From assembly GCA_902798595.1 (NCBI GenBank), contig CADBXE010000002.1, forward strand, positions 49,531-113,530: a DNA stretch of 64,000 nucleotides, read 5' to 3'. How positions within the stretch are numbered: position 1 is the stretch's first letter; each line of letters opens with the position of its first letter. The translations under genes were made by a program, and so were the position numbers. Shown piece after piece: positions 26,218-36,746 of the stretch. The stretch is from an uncultured Erysipelotrichaceae bacterium (lineage in GTDB: Bacteria > Bacillota_I > Bacilli_A > RFN20 > CAG-826). The notes beneath the pieces are model-generated. The model was not told where the DNA came from. It saw nothing but the letters and a program-made list of their open reading frames with translations, and did not search any database.

Positions 26218-27178
26218 ACTGCAACATATCGATTAAGTCTCTTAATCCATGTGTATGCCTATGTTTCATTTCAACGGCTTCATCGATTGGGTAATCAACG
26301 ATTTCGTTTTGTTTGATACCAACGATACGACTGGTTGGCTCTTTATCGCATAAGAGTTCAACAGCTTTAGCGCCAAATCTTGCGGCTAAGATTCTATCGT
26401 GAGCGGTTGGGGAGCCACCTCTTTGCAACCTACCAAGAACTTCAGTTCTTGTATCGAAGCCAGTTTCTTTAGCAATTTCGACTGCTAAGTCGTTGATATT
26501 TAATAAGTTTTCACTGACGATAATAATCGCGTGGCTCTTGTTTTGAGCTTTCATCTTACGTAACTTACGGAATAAGACATCTTTCTTTAATGGGTGTTCG
26601 ACACAGATGACACCTTCAGCACCTTCTGCTAAAGCAGCAAACATTGCTAAGTCACCACAGTGACGACCCATAACTTCGATTAAGGAGCAACGTTGGTGTG
26701 AACCAGATGTGTCTTTAAGTTTATCGACACATTCACAAATTGTATTTAACGCTGTGGCAAAGCCAATTGTTTCATCAGTGCTACCGACGTCATTATCAAT
26801 GGTGCCTGGAATACCAATGCAGATAACGCCGTGTTTAGATAAAGCTTGTAAACCTTTGAATGTGCCATCGCCACCGATACCGATTAAAGCATCGATTTCG
26901 AAGTCTCTTAAGTTATCAGCAGCTTTCTTGCTAACCGCTTCTTCTTTGAATTCTGGAATACGAGCACTTCTAATAATTGTGCCACCGCGGTTGATGATGT
27001 CTTGAGTGAAATCTTTGTTAACTTGTTTGATGTCACCTTCGACTAATCCACGTAAGCCATCATAGACGACATACATCTCTTTACCTTGGTACAAGCCTGC
27101 ACGAATACAGGCACGTAAACAGGCATTCATACCTGGGGCATCGCCACCGCTTGTTAATATTGCAATTTTTCTAATCAT
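26216..27178 (-). CDS. pfkA: ATP-dependent 6-phosphofructokinase
   Basis: ILTSGGDAPGMNA, GGDGT, MGR motifs. Confidence 0.85.
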   Translation of the reverse strand: MIRKIAILTSGGDAPGMNACLRACIRAGLYQGKEMYVVYDGLRGLVEGDIKQVNKDFTQDIINRGGTIIRSARIPEFKEEAVSKKAADNLRDFEIDALIGIGGDGTFKGLQALSKHGVICIGIPGTIDNDVGSTDETIGFATALNTICECVDKLKDTSGSHQRCSLIEVMGRHCGDLAMFAALAEGAEGVICVEHPLKKDVLFRKLRKMKAQNKSHAIIIVSENLLNINDLAVEIAKETGFDTRTEVLGRLQRGGSPTAHDRILAARFGAKAVELLCDKEPTSRIVGIKQNEIVDYPIDEAVEMKHRHTHGLRDLIDMLQ

Positions 27179-27260
27179 ACGAGTTTTCTCCCTAATAATA
27201 AATTATTATTACGGCAACATTATACACTCATAATTTAGATTTGGTTGTCAAAAACTATTT

Positions 27261-27358
27261 TTTCCACAACTTTTAATGTGGATAAGTGGCTATTTTATAA
27301 TTTTTCTTGACTTATTTATATATAAATATATAAATGTCTAAACACCCTATGTGGATAA
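27261..27358 (+). promoter_or_regulatory. dnaB-dnaI promoter region with two perfect DnaA boxes (TGTGGATAA at 27278-27286 and 27350-27358), one near-box (TTTCCACAA at 27261-27269), and a TTGACT-17-ATAAAT promoter at 27306-27334
   Basis: 9-mers identical to the TTATCCACA consensus read in the sequence; AT-rich TATATAAATATATAAAT stretch between them. Confidence 0.45.
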
Positions 27359-27448
27359 ATTTTTCTTCGAAAGTGTGTATATCTTTTTTATTTTACATTT
27401 GTTTTTTCTCTATGTGATAATAGCGTCACTGACAGGCAAAAACTCCCT

Positions 27449-28750
27449 ATGAAAGTATTAGCACACCAAGATTTCTTAGAAGTACGTTTAGCATCGATGA
27501 TCGCCGATTACGATCGCGATACTTTAAGCAACTTATACCAACCAATGATTGGCTTTGAAGCCTTGTCTTTATACATGACTTTGTGGAGTGAAGCAAACAA
27601 CGAAAAGGTCTCTCCTTTATGTACACACGAACAAGTGTTCCTACGTATGAGAATGCCTGCTAGTGCGTTCGTAGATGCCCGCAAATATCTCGAAGCCACA
27701 GGTCTGTTAAAGACCTTTGTCAGTGAAGGTAACGACTTTAAAATCTATCATTACGAGCTATATGCTCCTAAATCCCCAAGTGGATTCTTCGATGATACGC
27801 TCCTATACGGCATGCTCATTAGAAGCATTGGTGAAAGTAATGCTAATCGGCTCAAAAAGATTTACGTATTAGACACTAACCAAGACTATGGAAAAGAAAT
27901 CACCGCTTCGTTCGCCGAAGTCTTCCATCCAGAACTAAACGACAGTTCCTTCCTAGAAGCCGCGGAAAGCAAAGGTGGAGTCAAAGGGCGTAACAGAGGC
28001 AAGATCAAAGGTGCCTTCTCGTATGAACAATTCTTCAATTCTCTAAAAGAGATTTCCCAATTAAAAGAATCAGCATTTAGAAAAGAAGAAATGAAAGAAA
28101 TTGAAAGATTATCAACACTTAATGGTGTTGATGAGATAGAAGCGGCAAATCTCGTCAATCAAGTCTACGACTTGGAAAAACCAAAAGGTCAACGACTTGA
28201 CTTCGAAACTCTCGCTTCATTAATGCAAGAAAAGACGAATTACAAATATCGTTATAAAGGAAAGGCCAATGCTGATGGACCAAACCTTAATAACGGCACA
28301 AGTGATTTGGCGAGAAAGATTAATCTCATGGAAACCAAATCTCCAAAAGATTATCTGGCTTACTTGCAAGATGGTACGAAACCAGCGGACGCTGATATTA
28401 GATTAATCAACGATTTATCTAAGAACTACCATCTACCTAACCCAGTCATTAACGCAGTTGTAGATTACGTGCTCGCGAAAGCGGATAACGTACTCTCCCG
28501 CGCTTACGCAGAAAAGGTGGCCGCGTCATTAGTAAGAGAGAATGCGCGTACAGCCGTAGATGCGATGAACTACCTCAGAAAAGTCGATAAGAAGACAAGA
28601 GGTAAAAAGCAAATTAAGAAGATCGTTCTTCCAGTTGAAGAAAACATTGAACCAGTAAAGAAGAAAGAAAAAGATTCGTCTGACTGGGAAAGTGACTGGG
28701 ACAGAATGATGGATGAATTAAATGGAGGTGACGACGGTGGAAAAGCTTAA
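27449..28750 (+). CDS. dnaB: Replication initiation/membrane attachment protein DnaB (Gram-positive DnaB/DnaD-like, not the helicase)
   Basis: N-terminal DnaB_2/DDBH2-like region; position immediately upstream of dnaI as in Bacillus. Confidence 0.55.
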   Translation: MKVLAHQDFLEVRLASMIADYDRDTLSNLYQPMIGFEALSLYMTLWSEANNEKVSPLCTHEQVFLRMRMPASAFVDARKYLEATGLLKTFVSEGNDFKIYHYELYAPKSPSGFFDDTLLYGMLIRSIGESNANRLKKIYVLDTNQDYGKEITASFAEVFHPELNDSSFLEAAESKGGVKGRNRGKIKGAFSYEQFFNSLKEISQLKESAFRKEEMKEIERLSTLNGVDEIEAANLVNQVYDLEKPKGQRLDFETLASLMQEKTNYKYRYKGKANADGPNLNNGTSDLARKINLMETKSPKDYLAYLQDGTKPADADIRLINDLSKNYHLPNPVINAVVDYVLAKADNVLSRAYAEKVAASLVRENARTAVDAMNYLRKVDKKTRGKKQIKKIVLPVEENIEPVKKKEKDSSDWESDWDRMMDELNGGDDGGKA

Positions 28751-29645
28751 AGTCAATAATCTTAAAATCCAAACAGATGATTCTCTTCTCGATCAAATGA
28801 AGGAAGCCTTACACGCATGTCCAGCCGCAGTGAAATACTGTAAGGAACTTGGTATGAGTGATGAAGTGATGGAAAGTAACATTACCAAAATCTATGATTT
28901 TGTGAGAGATATTAATTACTGTAGGAATTGTCCGGGCTTAAAGAAATGTAAGAAGGACAACGCCTATCTCAATAGTAAGGTTACTTACTCAAATGGTGTG
29001 GTGGAAACACAGCTCATTCCATGTCGTGCCTTACTTAAACGTGTCAGTTTTGAAAGACAATTCTTAACACAAGACTTCTCTGATGATTGGCTTGATGTCA
29101 CATTAGGGGATATCGATAAAAGTGAAGCAAAGGCAGAAGCTGTTAAGACTTATATGACTTATGTCAAAAACGAAGAAACCAAATGGATCTATCTCTATGG
29201 TGGCATCGGTTCTGGTAAGTCATACTTAGCCGCGGCCATGGCAATTGATTTAGCGAAACGTGGTCTTAAAGGCAAAGTCCCAATTTGCTTCATGAATGCT
29301 TCTAAACGAATCCTTGAGCTCAGTGAATTAAGTAAACAAAAAAATACTGATGAATTCAAGAAAAAACTAGAACAATATAGCACTGTTCCAGTCTTAATCA
29401 TTGATGACTTTGGTCATGAGTTCAAGAGCGATTTCATCCGTGACGCAATTGTTAATGAAATTATCTCCTCGCGTTGCAATAAGAAGTTATTTACCATCTT
29501 TACTAGTAACTTTACGTTAGATGAAATCAAAGTCTTGTATTCTACATCCAACGCTGGTGCGATTATGTCAAAACAAATTGTTAAGACAATCAAAGCTATG
29601 TGCGGGGAAGAAGTGGATTTAGGCGATCTTCAACTTTACAAATAA
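28722..29645 (+). CDS. dnaI: Primosomal helicase loader DnaI
   Basis: N-terminal Zn-binding CRNCPGLKKC, AAA+ Walker A YLYGGIGSGKSYL and Walker B LIIDDFG; alternative start GTG 28737 after GGAGGTG. Confidence 0.75.
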   Translation: MEVTTVEKLKVNNLKIQTDDSLLDQMKEALHACPAAVKYCKELGMSDEVMESNITKIYDFVRDINYCRNCPGLKKCKKDNAYLNSKVTYSNGVVETQLIPCRALLKRVSFERQFLTQDFSDDWLDVTLGDIDKSEAKAEAVKTYMTYVKNEETKWIYLYGGIGSGKSYLAAAMAIDLAKRGLKGKVPICFMNASKRILELSELSKQKNTDEFKKKLEQYSTVPVLIIDDFGHEFKSDFIRDAIVNEIISSRCNKKLFTIFTSNFTLDEIKVLYSTSNAGAIMSKQIVKTIKAMCGEEVDLGDLQLYK

Positions 29646-31020
29646 TTGAACGGACTTCTTTACGTAGACATGCTAGATTATCGTTATTATTAACGATAAA
29701 GTCTATTTCAGAGAGATGTTCGTTAAACAAATTTTTCTCATCATTAAGGCGCTTTAACAAAGCGCTTTTTTCTTTGTCTCTAAGTTGTAGTCTTTCGATT
29801 TGAATCTTTTCATCAATATCAACGCCCACAATGATATCAAACATGTTTTGCATATTGGCTTTGAACAATAGTGGAACTTCGGCCACTAAGAGTTTGGCCT
29901 TTGATTTCTTGAATGCTGCTTCGATTTCTTTTTTGACTAATGGATGAACGATCTTTTCTAATTTATCCAAGTCTTTTGAATTATTAGCGATATGGTTTCT
30001 AAGCGCTTCGACGAACTCGCCTTCTTCTTTGACTTTGAGTTTCTTGATGATGAGTTCTTGAATAGCTTTTTGAGCATAAAGTTCATGAACAATTTGATCG
30101 GAAGAAACGCAACAAGAATTGGCCTTTCTGAACTCTTCTAAAACAGTGGATTTACCAGAGGCAATCTTACCCACAATAGCGATTTTTAAAGGGGCTCCAC
30201 GCTTGATTTGGCAACGTGGGCAGAAGGTTGTTCCACGGCCATTTACCTTAATAAACCGCATAAAAGCGTGACGTAAGACACAAATTTGCCTATTTCGACC
30301 ATAGGCAAGCAATCTTGTTTGGAATTCACCGTTAATGTCTTTGCCTGGGTGATAACTCTTGATTGTGGAGCCGCCTAATTCGATGGCTTCAGCAAGGATT
30401 CTTTTTGATTCACTAATGATCTTTTCCCACTCATTTTTGTTAATTAATTTAGCGGGAGTTAAAGGATGAATCTTACTAGCAAATAAGACCTCGTCAACAT
30501 AGATATTTCCTAAGCCAGTAATGAGCTCTTGGGAAAGTAAGGCGGTCTTAATTGGAAGAGAGATTCTTTTAGCTTTCTCTAGTAGTGGATTAACATCATC
30601 CACATCAAATGGTTCTGGTCCTAATTTAGCAATTTCTTTTTCATTTAAATAATCTTTCTCGTTAGACATAATCATGCGGCCAAAAGATCTTGAATCGTCG
30701 TAGCAAAGTTTATGACCGTTATCTAAATGAAAAACTACACGTGCATATTTCGTGCTATCTTCATTTTCCAAAAGTTCAATGTATTTGCCTTCCATACGAA
30801 GGTGAGAAATTAAAACTTTATCATTCGTTAAATGGAAGATTAAGAACTTACCAATTCTAGACATATCTAAAACAGTTTCATTCTTTATGAATGAAATGAA
30901 TTCATTCTCAAGGTTATTAACAATTGTTTTTCTTAAGACTTCGACATCTTTAATCGTACGTCCTTTAACAATTGGTAATAGCACTCTTTTAACTGTTTCT
31001 ACTTCTGGTAATTCTGGCAT
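29596..31020 (-). CDS. mutM-coaE: In-frame fusion: formamidopyrimidine-DNA glycosylase (Fpg/MutM, N-terminal ~275 aa) plus dephospho-CoA kinase (CoaE, C-terminal ~195 aa)
   Basis: Start MPELPEVETV (catalytic Pro2), H2TH and a C-terminal FCPRCQ zinc finger, then after a ~6-aa spacer KIAIVGKIASGKSTV (CoaE P-loop) with no stop between. Confidence 0.7.
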   Translation of the reverse strand: MPELPEVETVKRVLLPIVKGRTIKDVEVLRKTIVNNLENEFISFIKNETVLDMSRIGKFLIFHLTNDKVLISHLRMEGKYIELLENEDSTKYARVVFHLDNGHKLCYDDSRSFGRMIMSNEKDYLNEKEIAKLGPEPFDVDDVNPLLEKAKRISLPIKTALLSQELITGLGNIYVDEVLFASKIHPLTPAKLINKNEWEKIISESKRILAEAIELGGSTIKSYHPGKDINGEFQTRLLAYGRNRQICVLRHAFMRFIKVNGRGTTFCPRCQIKRGAPLKIAIVGKIASGKSTVLEEFRKANSCCVSSDQIVHELYAQKAIQELIIKKLKVKEEGEFVEALRNHIANNSKDLDKLEKIVHPLVKKEIEAAFKKSKAKLLVAEVPLLFKANMQNMFDIIVGVDIDEKIQIERLQLRDKEKSALLKRLNDEKNLFNEHLSEIDFIVNNNDNLACLRKEVRSIICKVEDRLNPLLPRT

Positions 31021-31029
31021 ATTCAATTC

Positions 31030-33627
31030 CTATTTAGCGTCGTACCAAGTGCGACCAAAGCCTCCATCAACTTCTAAAGGAACATCGATGGTTAAGGCAT
31101 TTTCCATTATATCTTTAATTAATTTATAAGCAGTTTCTTTTTCTTTCTTAGGCACTCTGAAGATAAGTTCGTCGTGGATTTGACAAATCATACGAGTTTC
31201 TAAGTTATTATCAAGCAAAGCTTGATGGACTTTGTTCATTGCATATTTAATCAAGTCCGCAGCGGTACCTTGAACAGGAGCGTTCATCGCCGCGCGTTTC
31301 GCAGATTCTCTTACTTGATAATTTGCGTCATGTAATTCTCTAAGATATCTTCTTCTACCAAGCAAGGTGGAGACATATCCGTCTCTTACAGCGTCGTTAA
31401 CAATATTTCTAAAGAATGTTGCGACTTCTGGGAATGATTGATAGAAGGAAGAGATGATTGTTCCAGCTTCTTTTGGGTTGATACCAAGTTGATCGGCTAA
31501 ACCCCAATCGGAGATACCGTATACAACACCAAAGTTAACGGTTTTAGCCTTCCTTCTTTGTAATGAAGTTGGTTCTTCTTGAAGGTTAAAAATCTTTTTG
31601 GCGGTAGCGGCGTGAATATCTTCACCTGAAAGGAAGATTTCTTTAAGCGCTGGACAGTTAGAAAGAGCCGCTAAAACACGGAGTTCAATCTGTGAATAGT
31701 CAAGGGAAAGAATCTCATAGTTTTCATCTTGATAATAGAAGGCTTTTCTGATGAGTTTACCTTCTTCGTCACGGACACTGATATTTTGTAAGTTTGGTTC
31801 ACTGCTAGATAAGCGGCCAGTAGTGGTCAAAGCCTGATTGAATTTTGCGTAAATCTTACCATCTGGATAGACGTGATTTTTAATACCTTCGACATAGGTA
31901 GTAATGAGTTTATAGTACTTACGATATTCAAGGATTTTGCCGACGATTGGATGCTCGTTTTCAATCTCTTTTAAATAGTCAACAGAGGTGGACAATTTCT
32001 TGTTAGAGGAAAGACCTAATTTATCGAATAAAACTTCACCAATTTGTTTAGGGGAAGCAAGATTAAATTTCATACCCGCTAAGGCATAGATTTCTTCCGC
32101 TAATTCGTTAGCTTTCTTTTTATATTCATCACCGAATTCATCTAAGACTTTTACGTCAATTGGGAAGCCTTCAATTTCCATATCCGCTAGTGTATCAATA
32201 AGAGGAATTTCTAATTCTTCATACAGTTTTAAGGATTCGGTTTTCTTAAGCTCACCAGTGATTCTTTCGTATAATTTATAAGCAAAAAACGCGATTTTTC
32301 CCGTTTTTTGGCTATCTTCATTGGAAAATAGTGATAAAGATTCGCTGGAACTAGAAAGATCTACACCGTAAATATTCATGACGGCTTCAACGTCATTTTT
32401 AAGTGAACTATCCACTAAATAGGAAGCAACCAATAAGTCAAAGTATAGACCTTTAATTTCAATGTTGTTTTTGGCTAATGCAACCTTAATAGCTTTATAG
32501 TCATAGCAGTACTTTTTAATGTCTTTATCTTTGAGTAAATCGAGTGTGGATTTATCGTTCTTTAAATCGTCAAGTCCGATATAGAAATTACCTTCGTTTG
32601 AGGCAATAGCTAAACCATATATTTGGCCTAAAGAATAGTTATCATCTTCATAGTCTAAAGCTAGACCGATTTCCTTACTTTTGATAAGGCCTTTTAAAGA
32701 ACTAACTTTGTCAACTTTTATCTCGGTTTGTTCAAGGGCAACTTTCTTCCATTTTGAAACAATTTTAGACATGAATTGTTTGAGTTCATATTTCTGGCAG
32801 AACTCACTAACGGAAGCAAAATCATAGCCCTGATAAATGGTGTCTTTAATATCAAATGGAAGTGGTACATCAGTCTTAATAATGGCTAAATCACGAGAGA
32901 GTCGACCGCTATCTTGATCAGCGATAATCTTCTCGCCAAGTTTGCCTTTAATATCACCTGCATGAGCGATAATATTATCAAAACTTCCATATTGTTGGAT
33001 GAGCTGAACTGCGGTTTTTTCACCAATACCTTTAATGCCTGGTAGGTTATCACTCGCGTCGCCTCTTAGGCCTTTATAGTCGATAATTTGAAGTGGCTCA
33101 AAGCCATACATTTCTTTAACGGTTTCTGGTGTCATCATAACGATGTCCGACATACCTTTACGGATGATATTAACTGTGATATTGGAGTCCACTAATTGGA
33201 GGAAGTCTCTATCAGAAGTATAAACAGTTACTTGATAGCCTTGTTTAGCGGCCATCTTTGCGACAGTACCAGCGATATCATCGCCTTCAAAACCATGTTG
33301 TTCAAATTGGAAAATGCCTAAAGAACGTAAGAAGTCTCTAGCAATAGGGAACTGCTTCACTAAATCTTCAGGTGTTGGTTTTCTATTAGCTTTGTAGGAT
33401 TCTAATTGCTCTTTTCTAAATGTATCTTTACCTGCATCAAAAGCGACCATGATGCCTTCATCATTTTTTAGACCGCTGAGTATTTTATTAATCATGCTTG
33501 AGAAAGCAAAAATCGCGTTAGTAGGAGTGCCGTTTTGTGTACGCATAATCTCCACACCTGGATACGCTGTTGCGAAGTATGCTCTAAAGAGCAAGGAGTT
33601 TCCATCAATGATTGTAATCTTTGGCAT
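31030..33627 (-). CDS. polA: DNA polymerase I
   Basis: 5'-nuclease N-terminus (MPKITIIDGNSLLFRAYFA); Pol A motifs RRxAKxxNFGxxYG and QIHDELIF. Confidence 0.9.
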   Translation of the reverse strand: MPKITIIDGNSLLFRAYFATAYPGVEIMRTQNGTPTNAIFAFSSMINKILSGLKNDEGIMVAFDAGKDTFRKEQLESYKANRKPTPEDLVKQFPIARDFLRSLGIFQFEQHGFEGDDIAGTVAKMAAKQGYQVTVYTSDRDFLQLVDSNITVNIIRKGMSDIVMMTPETVKEMYGFEPLQIIDYKGLRGDASDNLPGIKGIGEKTAVQLIQQYGSFDNIIAHAGDIKGKLGEKIIADQDSGRLSRDLAIIKTDVPLPFDIKDTIYQGYDFASVSEFCQKYELKQFMSKIVSKWKKVALEQTEIKVDKVSSLKGLIKSKEIGLALDYEDDNYSLGQIYGLAIASNEGNFYIGLDDLKNDKSTLDLLKDKDIKKYCYDYKAIKVALAKNNIEIKGLYFDLLVASYLVDSSLKNDVEAVMNIYGVDLSSSSESLSLFSNEDSQKTGKIAFFAYKLYERITGELKKTESLKLYEELEIPLIDTLADMEIEGFPIDVKVLDEFGDEYKKKANELAEEIYALAGMKFNLASPKQIGEVLFDKLGLSSNKKLSTSVDYLKEIENEHPIVGKILEYRKYYKLITTYVEGIKNHVYPDGKIYAKFNQALTTTGRLSSSEPNLQNISVRDEEGKLIRKAFYYQDENYEILSLDYSQIELRVLAALSNCPALKEIFLSGEDIHAATAKKIFNLQEEPTSLQRRKAKTVNFGVVYGISDWGLADQLGINPKEAGTIISSFYQSFPEVATFFRNIVNDAVRDGYVSTLLGRRRYLRELHDANYQVRESAKRAAMNAPVQGTAADLIKYAMNKVHQALLDNNLETRMICQIHDELIFRVPKKEKETAYKLIKDIMENALTIDVPLEVDGGFGRTWYDAK

Positions 33628-33630
33628 AAT

Positions 33631-36600
33631 CTATTCCTCAAGTGGTTCTAATTTATTACAAATAAAGTCATAGTTTTCTTCACGTTTTTCACGTTTGATT
33701 TCAGCGATAACTAGACTATTCTTTTCTAGTAGTGGTAATCCCTCAACATAAGTTTCTGGGAAGAGAGTTAATTCAATTTCACCTGTTTCATCAACAAGTT
33801 TAACAAAAGCCATCGTGGAGCCTTTCTTCGTGGAAATGGTCTTAACACTTCTCACTAAGCCTGCGACTTTAGAAGAGAATTCTTCCTTTGCGGTGACAAT
33901 TGGAGTGACGTTCTTACTTCTTAAGATGTCAGTCTTATAGTGAAGTGGATTATTGGAAAGCATAATTCCGAGAACATCATATTCTTTATCTAAATTTTCT
34001 AATGGATCATCATGATCCTCGATTAAATATGGGGTGATTAAATCACTAAAGCCAATATTTAATTGATCGTTTTCTTTATAAGAAAGTTCGGCGAATTGTA
34101 AGGCGCTTTTCACGCTTGCTCTGAAGGACGCTCTAGAAGGATTGAATGTATCAAAGCACCCAGCGTCAATGAGTTTAATGATTTGTTGCTCACTAATCTT
34201 GAAACGGTACATTCTTGAAACAAAATCAAAGAAGTCTTTAAACTCACCGTTATTTCTTTCTTCTAAAATTGAGTTAACAAATAATTCGTTAATACCTTTA
34301 ATCGCACTAAGTGGGAATAATAGTCCCTCTTTTTGGACGATAAAGCTTTTCTTAGATTTATTGATATTAGGGGAAATGATAGCAATATTTCTTTGTTTCA
34401 TTTCACTCACATATTCATTGAATTTAGTGTCGCTAGTAGAACTGCTTGTTTCTAAAATAGCCGCATAGAATTCAAGTGGATAATAGTACTTTAAATACGC
34501 CATTTGGCAAGCAATTACAGAGTAAGCAACGGAGTGGGATTTATTGAAACCATAGTTAGCGAATTTCTTAATAAAGTCAAAGACTTTCTTCGCGATTTTT
34601 TCTTCGTGTCCTTGCTTAATTGCCCCTTCAATAAAGGCCTTTTCGTTTTCTAAAAGTTTATCGATATCCTTTTTAGAAATCGCTCTTCTAAACATATCAG
34701 CTTCGCCCATTGAGAAACCCGCCATTGTGGTGGCAATTTGGTTAACTTGTTCCTGATAGACGATAATGCCATATGTTTCTTTTAAAATTGGCTCTAAACA
34801 TGGATCATCGTAAATAATCTTTTGTTTGCCTTCTTTACGTTTCGCATAAGTATTAATCGAATCCATTGGACCTGGTCTAAAAAGCGCTAATAGGGCAACG
34901 ATATCATTAAAACAGTTTGGTTTAAGGATTGATATCGCTCTTTTCATACCGGAGCTCTCAAGTTGGAAAACACCCATTGTTTGTCCAGAAGCGATAAGCG
35001 AGAAGACATTCTCATCATCGTATGGGATGTTTCTAACATCGATATTAGAATCAGGATTGTTCTTCTTGATCAAATCAACACAATAATCAATCGTGGTTAA
35101 GTTTCTTAAACCTAAGAAGTCCATCTTTAAGAAGCCTTGTTCTTCAAGATAGCCCATTTCATATTGTGAAATATAATGACCGTTAAAATCAGTCAAGATT
35201 GGTAAAGCCTCTTCGAGGCTATTGTTGTTCAAAATAATACCAGCGGCGTGCAAACCACTTTGTCTAATTAAACCTTCAATCTTACTCGCTAATGAGACGA
35301 TTTGCAGGAAGTAAGCATCGCTATCAACGAGTTTCTTAAACTCTGGAAGTAACTTATATGCTTCTCTAAGAGAATACTTTGGATTGGTGATACGTTTACT
35401 GAGTAAATCGATATGGTTATTAGGGAAGCCGTATACTCTACCAATATCTCTAAGAGATTGCTTGGCTTGGATAGTTTGGAAAGTCACAATGTTAGCCACT
35501 CTATCGTTACCATATCTTTCTCTCATATATTCGACGACTTTGTCTCTTTGTATATCCATAAAGTCAACGTCAATATCAGGCATTGTCTTACGATATGGGT
35601 TTAAGAATCTTTCAAATTGTAAGCCGTTTTTAAGTGGATCAATTTCCGTGATATTTAATAAATATGACACTAAGCTACCAGCAGCGCTACCTCTACCAGG
35701 ACCAACAACAATGCCATGACTTTTAGCATAGCTAACATAGTCTTGAACGATTAAGAAATAATCAGCGTACCCTAAAGAAATAATAGTTTCTAATTCATAG
35801 TCTAAACGCTTCTTATAATCTTCGTTATCAAGACCGAGTTTATCTAACGCTTGATAGCAGTTATCTTTTAATGTTTGAACGGAATCGCTCACTGGATAGT
35901 GGAGTATCTCACCTCTTTTTTGATGGAAGTCAAAAGTGGATGTCTCCAAAATCTTTCTAGTGTTATTGATTTCTTTCGCGGTATAAATCTTTTGATAGTC
36001 ACTAATACTCATAAAGTATTCTTGACCATTTAGTTTCTTTTCCGTGATATTTTCTTCGTTAGCGATAGCTTCTGCGATTCTTAAAACAATCGCATCATCC
36101 TTTTTAAGATATCTCACTTGTGGGAAAGCAACGCAATCATAAGAATGTTCGTTAGCGAACTTTCTAATCTTATTAGCATAGCTAACATCTTCTTTTTTAG
36201 TGACTTCAATACCTAAATAGAAACCATCTTTGAATAAATTATTTAAGTCTAATAAATAACGATTAAAACCTTCGTCCTCGTTAGTGAATAACGTTTTGAA
36301 GTTCTCACCATTCGTATCTAACACCGCGAGTAAACCTTCGGTGTTGGCAACGAGTAGTTTCTTATTGAACTCGTTCTTTTGAATCGCAGAGGAGATGATT
36401 AATAAATGTCTATAGCCAGTTTCATTAATTGCATATAGACACAAGGTGTCATTATCAAGATGTGCTTCAATACCAATAATAGTGAGTTTCTTAATCGCTT
36501 CCATGGTCTTGATGAAAGAAGGAACACCATACATCACACCCTTATCGCATAAGCCCACGCCAAAGTATTCGTTTTTACTAACGCCTGAAGCAATTCTTTC

Positions 36601-36666
36601 CATAGTTAATCCACTTTGAAGAAAAGAATAGCAAGATACAACACGTAGTGGGACGAAATTATTCAT
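33631..36666 (-). CDS. dnaE: DNA polymerase III alpha subunit DnaE
   Basis: PHP-domain start FVPLRVVSCYSF, Pol III alpha core; start taken at the ATG 36666 (MNNFVPL); the ORF-track start at 36684 is GTG. Confidence 0.85.
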   Translation of the reverse strand: MNNFVPLRVVSCYSFLQSGLTMERIASGVSKNEYFGVGLCDKGVMYGVPSFIKTMEAIKKLTIIGIEAHLDNDTLCLYAINETGYRHLLIISSAIQKNEFNKKLLVANTEGLLAVLDTNGENFKTLFTNEDEGFNRYLLDLNNLFKDGFYLGIEVTKKEDVSYANKIRKFANEHSYDCVAFPQVRYLKKDDAIVLRIAEAIANEENITEKKLNGQEYFMSISDYQKIYTAKEINNTRKILETSTFDFHQKRGEILHYPVSDSVQTLKDNCYQALDKLGLDNEDYKKRLDYELETIISLGYADYFLIVQDYVSYAKSHGIVVGPGRGSAAGSLVSYLLNITEIDPLKNGLQFERFLNPYRKTMPDIDVDFMDIQRDKVVEYMRERYGNDRVANIVTFQTIQAKQSLRDIGRVYGFPNNHIDLLSKRITNPKYSLREAYKLLPEFKKLVDSDAYFLQIVSLASKIEGLIRQSGLHAAGIILNNNSLEEALPILTDFNGHYISQYEMGYLEEQGFLKMDFLGLRNLTTIDYCVDLIKKNNPDSNIDVRNIPYDDENVFSLIASGQTMGVFQLESSGMKRAISILKPNCFNDIVALLALFRPGPMDSINTYAKRKEGKQKIIYDDPCLEPILKETYGIIVYQEQVNQIATTMAGFSMGEADMFRRAISKKDIDKLLENEKAFIEGAIKQGHEEKIAKKVFDFIKKFANYGFNKSHSVAYSVIACQMAYLKYYYPLEFYAAILETSSSTSDTKFNEYVSEMKQRNIAIISPNINKSKKSFIVQKEGLLFPLSAIKGINELFVNSILEERNNGEFKDFFDFVSRMYRFKISEQQIIKLIDAGCFDTFNPSRASFRASVKSALQFAELSYKENDQLNIGFSDLITPYLIEDHDDPLENLDKEYDVLGIMLSNNPLHYKTDILRSKNVTPIVTAKEEFSSKVAGLVRSVKTISTKKGSTMAFVKLVDETGEIELTLFPETYVEGLPLLEKNSLVIAEIKREKREENYDFICNKLEPLEE

Positions 36667-36702
36667 GCCTCTATTGTAGCGCACTTACGCGTAAAGACAA
36701 AC

Positions 36703-36731
36703 AAAAAAGGTACCATAATTGGCACCTTTTT
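36703..36731 (-). terminator. Hairpin terminator downstream of nrnA (probably partial)
   Basis: AAAAAAGGTACC-ATAATT-GGCACCTTTTT; stem has 1 mismatch. Confidence 0.4.
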
Positions 36732-36746
36732 AACTCAATATTTTGC

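Noticed and set aside
36685-36694. Palindrome TTACGCGTAA at the dnaE 5' end
   Set aside because: It is short and isolated, and it overlaps the alternative GTG start. There is no supporting second site.
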